Assembly: GCA_964247055.1 (NCBI GenBank)
Contig: OZ176051.1
Location: 12,772,001 to 12,836,000 of the forward strand
Length of the DNA: 64,000 nt
Source of the DNA: Paragordius varius
Taxonomy: Eukaryota; Animalia; Nematomorpha
Reading direction: 5' to 3'
Positions 1 through 11,800 of this stretch are shown here, piece after piece (position 1 is the first letter of the stretch; each line of letters opens with the position of its first letter). The position numbers and the translations under genes were made by a program. Below the pieces are notes generated by a model that ran no database searches, had not been told where the DNA came from, and saw only the letters and a program-made list of their open reading frames with translations.

Positions 1-894
1 CATCAAAGTTGAAGAAAATGCGCCTTTCTTTATTTAAAACAATGCAACAAAAATAATTATTGGACAACTATAGAATACCCACAAATAATCGTCAAAAACA
101 GCTAACTGGTGAAAATAATTTTTTGGACTTTTATATGCACTTGACCATTTTTTCTGAGAGTAGTTTCTCTAAAAATTAAAAAAAATCGAGGTCCAAAATT
201 GACACATTTAAATCTACTTTTGCCAGATTAATGTCTTATGTTTCAGCTTTTATCTTCCCAAAAATTACTAGATTGCTGTTATTAAAAAAATTTTATTCTT
301 TGGCTTTAAAGGATGTTTCGTTTCCTTAATACCCATTAACCCATAAACCATTTGGAGGACTCAGTTTCTGATATTCAAGTAAAATGTATAGACCATGTTG
401 ATTGTAGTTTTTCTAAAAAATACTCATAGTTTCACAATTTTAAATCAACCCTATTCTTATATAATTAATGAGAACTAACTTGATCCATTAACCCTCGAAA
501 AACAACTGTGTTTAAGACTTCTAGACAGCTGGCTTTGTTATAATTAAGTAATCAAAAAATGAAATAAAGGCCATGGAAAAAGCGCTACATCAATCAGCAA
601 GGAGAATATTTAGTTACATGTTTTACCGGTTTTCTTTTCGTGGCTAATTAAGTTCTCCTTAAACAATTATACAACTTTCAAAAGTAACGCATCTTAACAA
701 TAATGAAATTGGTAGATGGTTAAACGCGTAAATTTTTTAAGTCTATAATGACACCATGATAAATCTTTGACATGATCTTTGTTACTTTTTGTTGTGTAGA
801 CATCAAGAAAATCATACAATATATCCAAGGGTTGCACTTTAAGCTCCGCAAAATTATATATATATATGTGTATATATATGATTGTTTGTTTTAG

Positions 895-3199
895 GTGCTA
901 ATAATTTTACCACAACCATTTCATGTGATGACGGACTCAATAAAGCCTTGGATATAAGCAGCTCTTCCTTATTTGAAAATTCCAGAAATCCAACTGGAAT
1001 GACAAAAAGTTTTACCGGTGATTTCAAAATTCCAATATCTTCTCCAATATGTAATTCACACGAATTAGATCGTCAAAATCAAAAGGTATCTATTTTTTAT
1101 TGGTAATCGCAACTCTAATCAAAATTTATATTTAGGTAGTTTTAAGCCAAGGATATTTGTTTTATATAGACAAATAAATAACTTGGCCTTATTTACTTTA
1201 TAACCTTGCTATTCAATATATATATAAAAACACCCCTTTTCATTTTACTTTCGGGATATATACCTTTAAAAACTAAAAAAAACCCATTTCAATTATCTTC
1301 CTTTGCTTAAAAATAATTTTATCGATTTATTAGTAAAGTCAATCTACATTTTGAAAACATTTAGCCGTTATATCGATTTCTTTTACAGTTATGTGTTTTT
1401 AAAGAATTTACTTACAAAACGTTGTACATAAGTACTTTTTGATATCAAAACATTAAATGGTTTAAAAGTATACAATTCCCTTAAAAGGTAATTAAGTGAA
1501 ATTAACTTGTTACTGTTATCATATTTTCACTTTTTTACCATAGCCAAATGGAAAATTGAATGATAAAGAAACAACATTAATAACCCCTACCAATAACAAA
1601 TCCCAATTAAAACCAAATAGATTTTCTACAATTTCTACGGATTGCTTTGAAAAAATTCCTGCGATAACCTCTACCTTAAACGATAGCATCAATATAAAAG
1701 ATAAACAAAATGGTTGTTTAGCTTCAAATGATAATTCTAAAAGCACAGATACGATATCTATAACCAATCGTGTCGAAAAGAATATTGAATCAGAAACTTT
1801 TAGGACTAAAACATGTTCTGATTCCGATATTGATACCAAAAATTTAACGGGCAGTAGTATTGATTTGGAAAATACTGAAAATTCGGAAAAAGATATTAAT
1901 ATCAGTGAAACAACAACTCAAAAAAATGATGCACATACTTTGTGTGACAATGAATCTTCAGAGGTAATCATAAATCCACACTAAACATTTATGGATCAAA
2001 TTCAGAGTTTTTGTTTAAAAATTTAATTACCCTAAATATAAAATTGATATACCATTCACAATTTAAATTCACCCTTGAACAATTCAAATTCACCCTAAAA
2101 TAAATTATGAGTTTTCGGGATAATATAACTCATCATTAATATGAAATATTTTTTTACGACATAGTTTATTAATTTTTCACGATTATATTAATTTTTTTAA
2201 AAATATTATAAAATAAAGGTAATTATAAATCATATAATTCATTATAGGGTAAATTTGAATTGTTCGAGGGGGAATTTGAACTGTAAATGGTATATTTTAT
2301 CGATATGTATTAATGAATCATCTCTCTTTATTAAGGATAATTTGTCAGATCTGTATATTCCGGAGATTGCATCTTTTTCAGACGAAGTGTTAAAAGTATT
2401 TGAGCGACAACATGAAATCCAAAAGGCCAAAGGGTCAAAGGAAATAATCTTGGATGATTCATATAACGGCAAATCTCTGCCAGATTACAATAACAATAAT
2501 ATAGTAATAGATGATTCCGTAGACAATGTTTCAGTAGACAGCGAGCATGCTAAAAAACGTATAATTTTTTATTTTTATAGCTCTGTTTTTGCTTTTGAAA
2601 TTAGGACAGAAAAATAAACCTCATTTTACTCATGTAGGAATGGCCTCTATTAGCATAAAAAATATATATTTTTCGATAACTATAAATTTAACAACTTTGT
2701 TTAGTAATAAAAAGGATTTTACTTTCATTTTTTTTACCTTTATATAAATTTTGTGTAATATATTCAAATATAATATTGATTATAAAACGGCTCAATTACT
2801 TTAACGTCATAACTGGTATATTTTAGAAAAACAATTTTTTTATGAGGAAGAATTTTTATACAATCCATATAATAATAATAATAAAATTCCTCATTGTTAA
2901 AATATCATTTTTTAAGAATTAAAGTGGAACTTAAATTACATAACATAGTGGCCCACGTATTTTCAAAAATTGGTTTTCCAATTTAACAAGCTGACTATAG
3001 ATATTTTACTTTTTAATGTAATAATTTATCTCGTATATTACATGTACTAGCTTATGAAAAAACGGTAAAACACCGTGAGACAACGATTGTTATGAAGAGC
3101 AAATCTCCAATCCAAAAACCAAATGCTGAATATTTAGCCTCCTTCTGGAGTCCGGAAAAAGTTTTTAGGAAATCTCAGAAAATCCCGGCTTTTGTTTAA
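895..3199 (+). CDS. 3' part of an unidentified multi-exon gene; S/T/N/D/E-rich, probably disordered protein. Exons 895-1085, 1544-1963, 2336-2558, then 2581- (22-nt intron) and/or 3051-3199
   Basis: GT..AG boundaries at 1086/1543, 1964/2335 and 2559/2580 or 3050. Reading phases join (0, 0, 1) into GANNFTT...DRQNQK|PNGKLNDKE...SSE|DNLSDLYIPE...HAKKP|YEKTVKH...KIPAFV*. No family recognised; 5' exons not resolved. Confidence 0.55.
2051..2291. mobile_element. small palindromic MITE-like insertion inside an intron
   Basis: About 45-bp imperfect inverted arms (accattcac..aattcaaattcaccct / agggtaaatttgaatt..aaatggt); related sequence near 57380-57660. Confidence 0.55.
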
Positions 3200-4178
3200 A
3201 TTGTCATGGTTGAATGCAACAATTATCAATTATTATAAAAAACTCTTTTTGTTAATTCACAATATATGTATTTTGGTATACACAATTTTGTTGCGGCGTA
3301 TAAAGTAAAATAAATTCATATCCTAATACTTGAATGTATATAAATGATAATTAATTATTGTAATATATATTTTATTGAGATCCTTACATTGCAGCCATGC
3401 TGCATTCGAGCGGCAAAGTCATATTGTTTCTTCTCAAAATAATCCAAATGTGATACCAAAATTAATTTTAACATTGTTTTATAGGGTTTTTGTTTTATAC
3501 GTAAGAAAATTTCTTAATTACTTCTAAGATTGGCCATTATATTTAATAACAAAAACTTAGAACAATGAACATATTAATTCATAACAATACCAGTTATAAT
3601 TTTAATAGTATTAAGGTATTTTTATGAAAACCAATGCGACAAAATTTGCAAATTAACCCAAGATAAAATTAGGATACATATGCAAAAATTTTCTTGCTTT
3701 CCAGTATCGATTAATTTTTACCAAAAATCACTGGATATTGAATTAAATATGCTTTCTGTGACCTTATGCATTAGAAAAAAATATAAAATGTTAATTGAAA
3801 CCATGTCCTGGGTTAGCTGCCAAAAATTTTTATGAGTAGACTCATTAAAAAGTATGTTTAAAAAAGGAATATATATTAAAAATGGTAGCTTTATGAGAGT
3901 AAATTTTCCTAAAAGAAAAATCAGCTATTAAGTTGAAATTTTAGTGATATATTTTTTATCAAAAAAATGGAAAAATATGAAAGAATAAATCTAATAGACA
4001 AAAACTCTAAGGCAAAAACCAATAATCTTTGAAAATGTATTTCAATTAGTTCAAAACATAATATTTATTTCAATTGCAAACTAGAAATTATTGGTTTTTA
4101 TAGACAAAATTGAAATAAGCGTAGTAATCGGAAAATAAAATTTTTTCTAGCAGAATTATAAATTATAAAAAATTTTAA

Positions 4179-4746
4179 TCTTAAAAATGGAAAATGCAAG
4201 TGTAATCTGTTTCCGGAAAACCGGTAGTCCCATTCAAATCCAAATGTTGAAAAAATATAATCATTAATAAATGCCCCGACAATAGCTTCGTCTTTTTTTG
4301 AATTAGGTCCCCATTCGAGCCCATCCCGTGTAAAAAACGGTTTTTTAAAAACAGAAGTCCACAAAAAACGTGTCGTTGAGACAATTTTCCGGAAAACGTG
4401 TTGGACCATTGGATATCAAATATGATTTTTTTTACTTTTTTCGATTGCGCTGAACATAGTCGGCTCGTGTTTTTAATTTAGGCCCTCTTTTTACCCGTTC
4501 CCCCGTAATATGCCATTTTTTTCAAAAAAAATCCACGAAAAAAATTTTTTGAATCTATTTTTCCCCCAAGTAAACAACATTTTTGTATTAAGACACCATT
4601 TTAAAATTCCTATGAGATCAGAGCTATTTAATAATGTTTCAATCCACATATGTGAATTATTGTCCCTTTTTTCAAATAGTTCCTTCCCCCCTCGCCCAGA
4701 AGTCCGAACGACTTTCTCGGGTGGCGTAGCAGCACGAGATTTACGC

Positions 4747-4749
<3 letters not shown>
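4179..4749 (+). mobile_element. non-autonomous Helitron, monomer (571 bp)
   Basis: Starts A|TCTTAAAAATGGAAAATGC and ends with hairpin ctcgggtggc-gta-gcagcacgag plus ATTTACG CTAG|T. Inserted between A and T with no TSD; homologous to the elements at 18613-21300 and 22983-24261. Confidence 0.85.
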
Positions 4750-4777
<28 letters not shown>

Positions 4778-5280
4778 AGGTTCCAAAATAGGGATTATTT
4801 TGTCCGTATAATTGATTTTTTTGAGCATATAGGACATTGACCATTTTTATAATGTGTCCCAGATTATCATCGTCAAAAATCAAAAGTTTACGAAAAATTG
4901 GTGAGCAAAATTAAGTATTATTATAGCAATCATTTTTTTTTGATAAACATATATAGTGATACGCAATATTTTAGCGTTAAAATGGATGCATGGTAATTCT
5001 TATGATTTTATTATTAATTTTAAGTTATTAACATGTGGTTTACGCTACCACATCAAATCTCCGAAATATTGTATTCATAAAAATATTTTGTTATCATATT
5101 TTAAGAAGCCAGATTTTTAAATTTATAATTATGCACCGATGTTTACAGAGATACTATTTTTGAGCCATTTTAGATATGAAGTTTTCAATAGTTTCGCGAA
5201 TGAAACAAGGGCATATTAAATTTGGCCCTTACATGTTAAAATGGGAATTTTTCATAAAAAATCGTTTAAGCAATTTTCCC

Positions 5281-5499
5281 TTAGAAGGTAATCAAGGTAT
5301 AAAACGTAAACTTGAAATCATATTTATTCGTTGTGCATATACTATTTTTAGGAGAAACATAATTTGCATTATAACAATAATTTCGAGTAACAAAGGATGA
5401 ATATTTATATGGTACAAAAAAAATTTAATAAAACAATTCAAATCTTACAGAAAATTATAATATACAACCAAAATAAATATTTAAAATTTACATGTAACA
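5281..5499 (-). repeat. 3' LTR of gypsy element 1
   Basis: Homologous to 7643-7833 and directly abuts the PPT; the outer TG/CA dinucleotide is eroded. Confidence 0.85.
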
Positions 5500-7616
5500 T
5501 CACTTCCCCCTTATGAGAACCGGACCGGCTTCCGAATCCTCTTAGAGTAAGGACGCTCGTGCGGATTTTCGTTGATATTGTTATTATTGCTATTAAAATT
5601 ATCATTACTACTTTCATTATTATTATCAATTATTTTATCATTATTATTGTCATTACTATTATTATTATTATCAATACTGTTACCATTATTATTACTATTG
5701 TCGTTATTACTATCATTACTATTGTTTTGAGTGACCGGTGTAGTTGAGCTGACAGGTGGGTCTACGTGTTTCAACTGGTAGGCGTTTCTGAAAATCTTCT
5801 GGTTTTCATGATCCCACACACTGTAAAGGAGACCTGTTCTATCAACAACATCGCCGGCTCACCATCCAGGACTTTGTTCGTTTTTATCATTCTGCGTTGG
5901 TCTTGAAAACTCACGACCGTGGTGCATCTAAGACTGTTGTTTTTGTGTTAATCCAGGTCAGGGGTATTTGGGAGACTCGTTTAAAGAGTAGTTGTAAGGG
6001 GGTTTCTTTTGTGGTAGCGTGAATTGAGTTACGGTACGACCGTAAAGTAGTGTTAAAAGCCTCCTGCGGTGAATAATATAATTTTTGATTTTTCTATTGC
6101 CCTTAAGGGTCCCCACTAACCTTACCATCCCATTACTTTTAGAATGATAGGGGGTTACCCTCACGTGCTTAATTCCCAAGTTTGTCAGGGTGGATGTAAA
6201 GTACGAATTATTAAAATAAGAGGCGTTATTACTTATTACCGTCCTCAGAAACCCAAACCTGGCAAAGATTTCCTCGAGTTTGTGATATATATTCCCCGAA
6301 TTAACCCGTTTTAACATAAACCCGTCCGACCATTTTGATGAGCCTTCACTCAATAACAATCAAAAATACCCGTCAACTGGTGCCACTATATCGATGTGTA
6401 AAGCTCCCATATCACTGCATTAGGATTCCATTGATAAGTGGGGTTTTCCTTGTTTACTTGACATGAGCTACATTGAGTGCACTTTCTTACCAAATCGTTT
6501 TCTTATTTTGGCCAAAAACAGGTAAACCTTGCCATTGCTTTCATCGTTTTTACATTATTATGCCCGCTGTGTAAATAATTGAAATATTTCCACTGTAACT
6601 GTGGTTACGCCCAGTAGAGGTATATAATATCATTGTAAGCTTTTACTAACGGCATGGGTCTCTTATTTGGCTTGCCAACTTGTTTCCAAGTTTTAAAGCT
6701 GATAACACTGATGTCAGGTGTCATAGATAAACGTTTCTGTGCTGTGTATAATTATATTTAAGGTTTACGGTGAGGTTGACATTGCTTTTCTATGGATATG
6801 GTTGAACAAATTTTTGGTGTTTTTTGATCTACACATTTTTGCGGAATGGTGGGGTTTTTCCCATTTATTGCGATTGCGGTTCCAGGTAGGACATTTGTTT
6901 GGTCCATGGCTACTCCCACAACGATTGCGCGAATGTCTTAGGGGTTTTGCTGTCGTGAACGCATGGCCTTATTATATTATTGGTGTGTTGTAATCGATTT
7001 AAACTTACCATTGTTATAATTAGTATTCTCATTATTGTTATTAAGGCGAGCCCTAGGAGCCTCGTGTGCTAGTAAGAGATCAACCATCGTTTCTATGGGG
7101 CACAGGTTGTACATTGATCTCGGCATCTGGATACTTGAATGCATATCGATTTCCATTGCGGTTGCCATAAACTGAGCAAGCATCTCGAATACGTTCTTAT
7201 ACAAATGATTGAATTTGGTATCTTCGGCTGCTATCTTAACCCGTTCTAAAAATTGGGTGAAAGATTCAGCTTGCTCCGCACAAATCGAAAAAATTTAAAT
7301 CTGCTTTGAATTTTGATTTTGTGGGAATATATACTTTTAGGCCTGTTGTCATTATCTCGCTCCATGATGCATATTTTATCTTTTTGGGATACAGTTGATT
7401 TATTTTGTGCAAACCAATAGATCACTAGAGGCAAGCAAGGTTGTTTTGAGAGCTTGTTCTGTTACAGAAATATCTTTCGCCTCCATAACATTTGTCATAT
7501 AATCAACGTATTCCTCAAACTTAATATTATCATTGTATTTCTCGATGCATAAGTTAGCGAGATTGATTGGCGTTGTCATGTTCGTTTGGATATCGGTAAG
7601 ACCTAGCACTAGCTTA

Positions 7617-7640
7617 GTTCGGAACTCGTCTTGGCCACCA
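7617..7640 (-). promoter_or_regulatory. primer-binding site complementary to a tRNA 3' end
   Basis: Plus strand reads gTTCGGAA-CTCGT-CTTGGCC-A-CCA, i.e. T-loop-like, T-stem, acceptor stem and CCA, 2 nt from the LTR. Confidence 0.75.
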
Positions 7641-7642
7641 GA

Positions 7643-7833
7643 TGTTAGAAGGTAATCAACGTATAAAACGTAAATTTGAAATGATATTTATTCGGTTTTC
7701 TTGTGCTTTATACATACTATTTTTAGGAACATAATTTGCATTATAACAATAAATATTTACATAGTATAAAAAATATAAAAATATAATTTAAATCTCACAG
7801 AAAATTAAAATATACAACCAAAAATATATAACA
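7643..7833 (-). repeat. 5' LTR of gypsy element 1
   Basis: TGTTAG...ATAACA termini; followed on the minus strand by TGG-initiated PBS. Confidence 0.85.
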
Positions 7834-8819
7834 TTTGCATAAAACACCCTAATGACCCATTTGAAAAAAAATTAACATATAAATTACAGATGTATTTTTT
7901 CTGTAACTCATAGTTCATCGGCCAACCCTGTGAGGATTTAAGTAATCAAATTGTAAACCCAACAATTTCCAAGGTATAAATAAACTGTTGGGTCATTTTT
8001 ATCTTCAATTATTGAATAATGCTATTTAAGACTTTTAAATTGGAGTATCTAGGGATGCTAAATTTTATTGATATATTTAATAAACTACCGAAAGAAACGG
8101 TTTTAAATTAAACTTATGTTTCCATTCTAATAAATATTACACAAATTAAACAAAATTTGAATTTTGAAAAAAAAGTGCCATATTAAACTACTGCGATTCC
8201 ATTTTTATTTTAACATTTTTACAAAATATCGTGTTTAAACGCAAACATTACAGTTAATTTTTATTTTTATTATATCCTGCTCAAAGGTAGAGTGGTTTAT
8301 TTTGCAGTATTTTTTATAGCTGGTGAACACATGTCATGTTGAGTAAATTTTTTACCTTGTGACCATAAAATATTAGATTTTTATGTACTTTTTTATATTT
8401 CGATGGATCAGTGTTATATAAGTGCCAACTTTTGGAATGATTTAATTTGTTCCATATTTTTGGTTATACTTTAATTTTAAACAAATCTGGTTCCCTAAAG
8501 ACCCAAATTTGAATCGAAGAATTAAAAATGTGTTGGTCGCATTTTGTGAAAAACGCCCAAATTTAAATTTTTTACGAATGCGCATGGTTGATTAGGCGCT
8601 GTATTAGATCGTAATTAGGCCACGCCTGTAAAAATAGGTCATTCGAAAAATGTTATGTTAATACTGCATCAACTTTTCACTTTTTGTCATAGTTCACATT
8701 TTGAGGTAGTATACCAAAATTTTGTAAAACTACAGTTTTAAACATTTTTTTATTCAAAATTTAATTACGAACAATGTTTTCATGTCTTAGAGTTGTAAGA
8801 GAGCAAAGAACAGTAAAGT

Positions 8820-11800
8820 TAAGCAATATGTGGAATTTATTTAAGTCTAAAATAAATATAAAGTAATAATAATGTGTGTGCAAAATAATTGTCCGTTATA
8901 ATAATAAAAGCAAATTGTGGATCGTTGCTATTATCAATTTGTGTATTTCTAAAATTGGTACATATATATATATATATATATATATGTATCTCTCCCCTCA
9001 CCTCCCGAATCTTCTGGGGGCTCTTCTAGTATAATTTACATGCCGCCCACTGTTTGTTGGGTAGGTGTATTATTACATCCGGTAACTACAGGATTTGTGG
9101 AGGACTATAAATAACCGCTATCCGGCTCTTGTGTGCTATGCTTGCCTGTTTTCCATTGATTTTATCCTCATACCCTAGCTTGTCCGAACCCATTATTGTG
9201 TTGTCATTGATTCTGCTACCATCCACATCTAGCTTGTCATCCTTGTTTATTTTACCAACTCTGATTAACACATTATAATCTCGCTTGTGTTTACCTATTT
9301 AAATTGTTGTGACATTCTCATACGACTCGTCACCACCGCTGTCCGAGCATTCCCGGCTTATTAGATAATCAGCATGTTTCTTTACTACCTTTTCACATGT
9401 TTCATGTAATAGGACAACCACCCTTTTCTATCCAAAACGAGTCCTCTTTCCCTCCATCCAGTACTAAGTTTGTTTTTAATGTACATTATCTCTCCTTCTT
9501 AAATCCTTTTGGTATGTCCAGCCTAAAAATTTCGTTGGTGTCGTTTTTACCCAGGTTAGTGAAATTTGAATTGTATGTTTTAAGAATAGATGAGCTGGTT
9601 TCCTTGATAGAAAAATGGGTATATTCATACGCCGAAAAGGTTTGGTTGGTGAGTGGCTAGTAAGTTACCTTTTGTCATCGCATAAAGGTTTTTGAAGTAT
9701 AAATCACCCTCTTTATTAAACCGTTGATCTGTGGATGGTAAGGTGCTGACGTGACGTGTTTAATGTTTGAGATGCCAGTGTTTTTTCAAACTCAAATGAG
9801 TTAAATAACGCGTGGTCTGTTATTATCATCTTCGGTTACCCAAAACAGCAAAAACATCTTTCCAAAAATTTTACTATATTAGGAGTAACAGTTTTTATGC
9901 TTTTCACTTTAACCCATCGTCAAAGGTCGATTAATACCACAATATGCATTATCTAAGGGTCGGTAATATCTACGTGTGGCTCCCATATGTTGGTGTTTTG
10001 GTTCCACTGATATGTTGGGTTTTTGGGTATACTAGACTGATATTCGTGACAATTTTTATCACTTTCTAATGTCTTGATATTGTCCCGGCCGTTAAAGACT
10101 TTCACAATAGTTTCATTGCATTAATGCCGAGATTTCCCGCAAGTAAGTACTTTAGAATTTCCCGTTTTAGTTTTTTCTAGGATAATCAGTCGATCTCTAA
10201 AATGTAATAGATTCTTCAATCTCATTCCCAAATGATCTATTCCGCTTAACGGGTCGTTTCAACTATTAGATCGTGAGGTGTAATTTGGTTATCACCTCAT
10301 TTTTCATAGCTTCCTTGTATATATATATATATATATATGGGCCTGCTGAATAAAAACAAGCACCTACTGGGTAGTAGGTGCTTGATAGTATGTACCTTTT
10401 TTTGAAAAAACATTGAATAAAAATAGGTACTTACTATCATGTACGTACTTAAGTTTTTAGTATGTGTAAAATGTTTATTTTCATTTTGTTTTTTTGTTTG
10501 TTTTCGATTTCATTCATAAAATGCGTTTGAAAAATTCATTTTCTAAATTAGAAAGTCTAACTTTTGGAAAATAAATATCGATTATCAACCCATTATTTTA
10601 AAAATGCAATTATTAATACACATTTATTTATAAATACACAAAAAATAAATTAAATAATGTTTGAACAATTGAATCTCGTTTCATTTTGCCAGCCTTGAGT
10701 ATTTGTAGATCAATATTTGTTTCACAATCCTCCACATATTCAATATCAAAATATGAATTACTTTCGAAATCTGTTAAGGGTTCGTTAAGATATTTGGATA
10801 CATTATGTAATATGGAACATGTTAAAATAAGTTTTGGTATTCGTTTTAGACTTATACGAATTTTGTTACCGAGTATGGGAAATCGGGCCTTCATCTGACC
10901 GAAAACCCGCTCGATAATACTTCTTAACAATGTAATTTATTGAATTTTTTCTCGTTATCGATAATCGTATTTTTGAAGGGGGTTAGGAGCCAGGGTGATA
11001 GTGGATATCCATTATACCTTAACAAACAAAAAATCATTTTGTTTGCACATATAAATATCATTACGAATAATATTATATTAGTTCATTATGAATGATATAA
11101 ATCCTCCAAAAAGATTCTGAATTAAAGATATATATAATTTTTAACCTATACAAAATATGAAAAGGTCATTTTATCTTAGTCATAACTCGAATTTGAATAA
11201 ATCGGTTTTTTATATAGAAAATAGCTTCATTCAAAAATATTCACTCAAATATTTATTTAAAATTTGTTTATAAAAAATTAAGGTCATTATAAAGTATATA
11301 AGCTTAAATATCTTTCACAAAAATGAAATGATCGATGAAAATGATATAATTGTGGACATCTTGAAAAAAAACCAATATTTTTTAACAAAAGTAATAATCT
11401 CTGCTAATTGAACTTACAAAGCTTAAAATAGAGAAGGAAAAAAATTATTATTAATAATAAAACAAATGATATTTAATTAATATATTAATAAGTTTATATA
11501 TATACATATATATGAATCATGTAATTTAAAAAAACATTTATCTTAGAAATTTTATAAAAATAAAACCGATATTATTTTAAGTGAAAAAATAATAGTTTAA
11601 AATGTTGCCATTTACCAGCTTAAAAAAAACCAGTAAGTACTAGGTAAAATTTGTAAAAAGACAATTTTTATTCAATGAAATTTGTCAGTAAATACTGGTA
11701 AACATAGTACGTACTGGATAGTAAAAGCAAAATATTTTTTTATTCAATACATAGCTAGTATATACTGGAAAAAACCTAGTTTTTAGTATATACTAGCTTT

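Larger units (their letters stand above)
5281..7833 (-). mobile_element. internally deleted Ty3/gypsy (Mag-like) LTR retrotransposon: LTR-PBS-gag-protease-[RT/RNaseH absent]-integrase-PPT-LTR
   Basis: Direct repeats at 5281-5499 and 7643-7833 (TG..CA), PBS at 7623-7640 and PPT AAGGGGGAAGTGA at 5500-5512. Coding remnants: gag N-terminus FEEYVDYMTNVMEA, decayed double zinc knuckle (RCGSSHGPNKCP..HHSAKMC) near 6900, and integrase IFARFG..NNASYF..PYHSKSNG at 5958-6440. Confidence 0.9.

Noticed and set aside
5511-5819. Asn-rich 102-aa ORF as a host gene
   Set aside because: It lies between the integrase core and PPT and ends in a typical gypsy R.RKP.RF tail.
7617-7640. tRNA gene
   Set aside because: Only the 3' 24 nt including CCA are present, next to an LTR, so it is a PBS.
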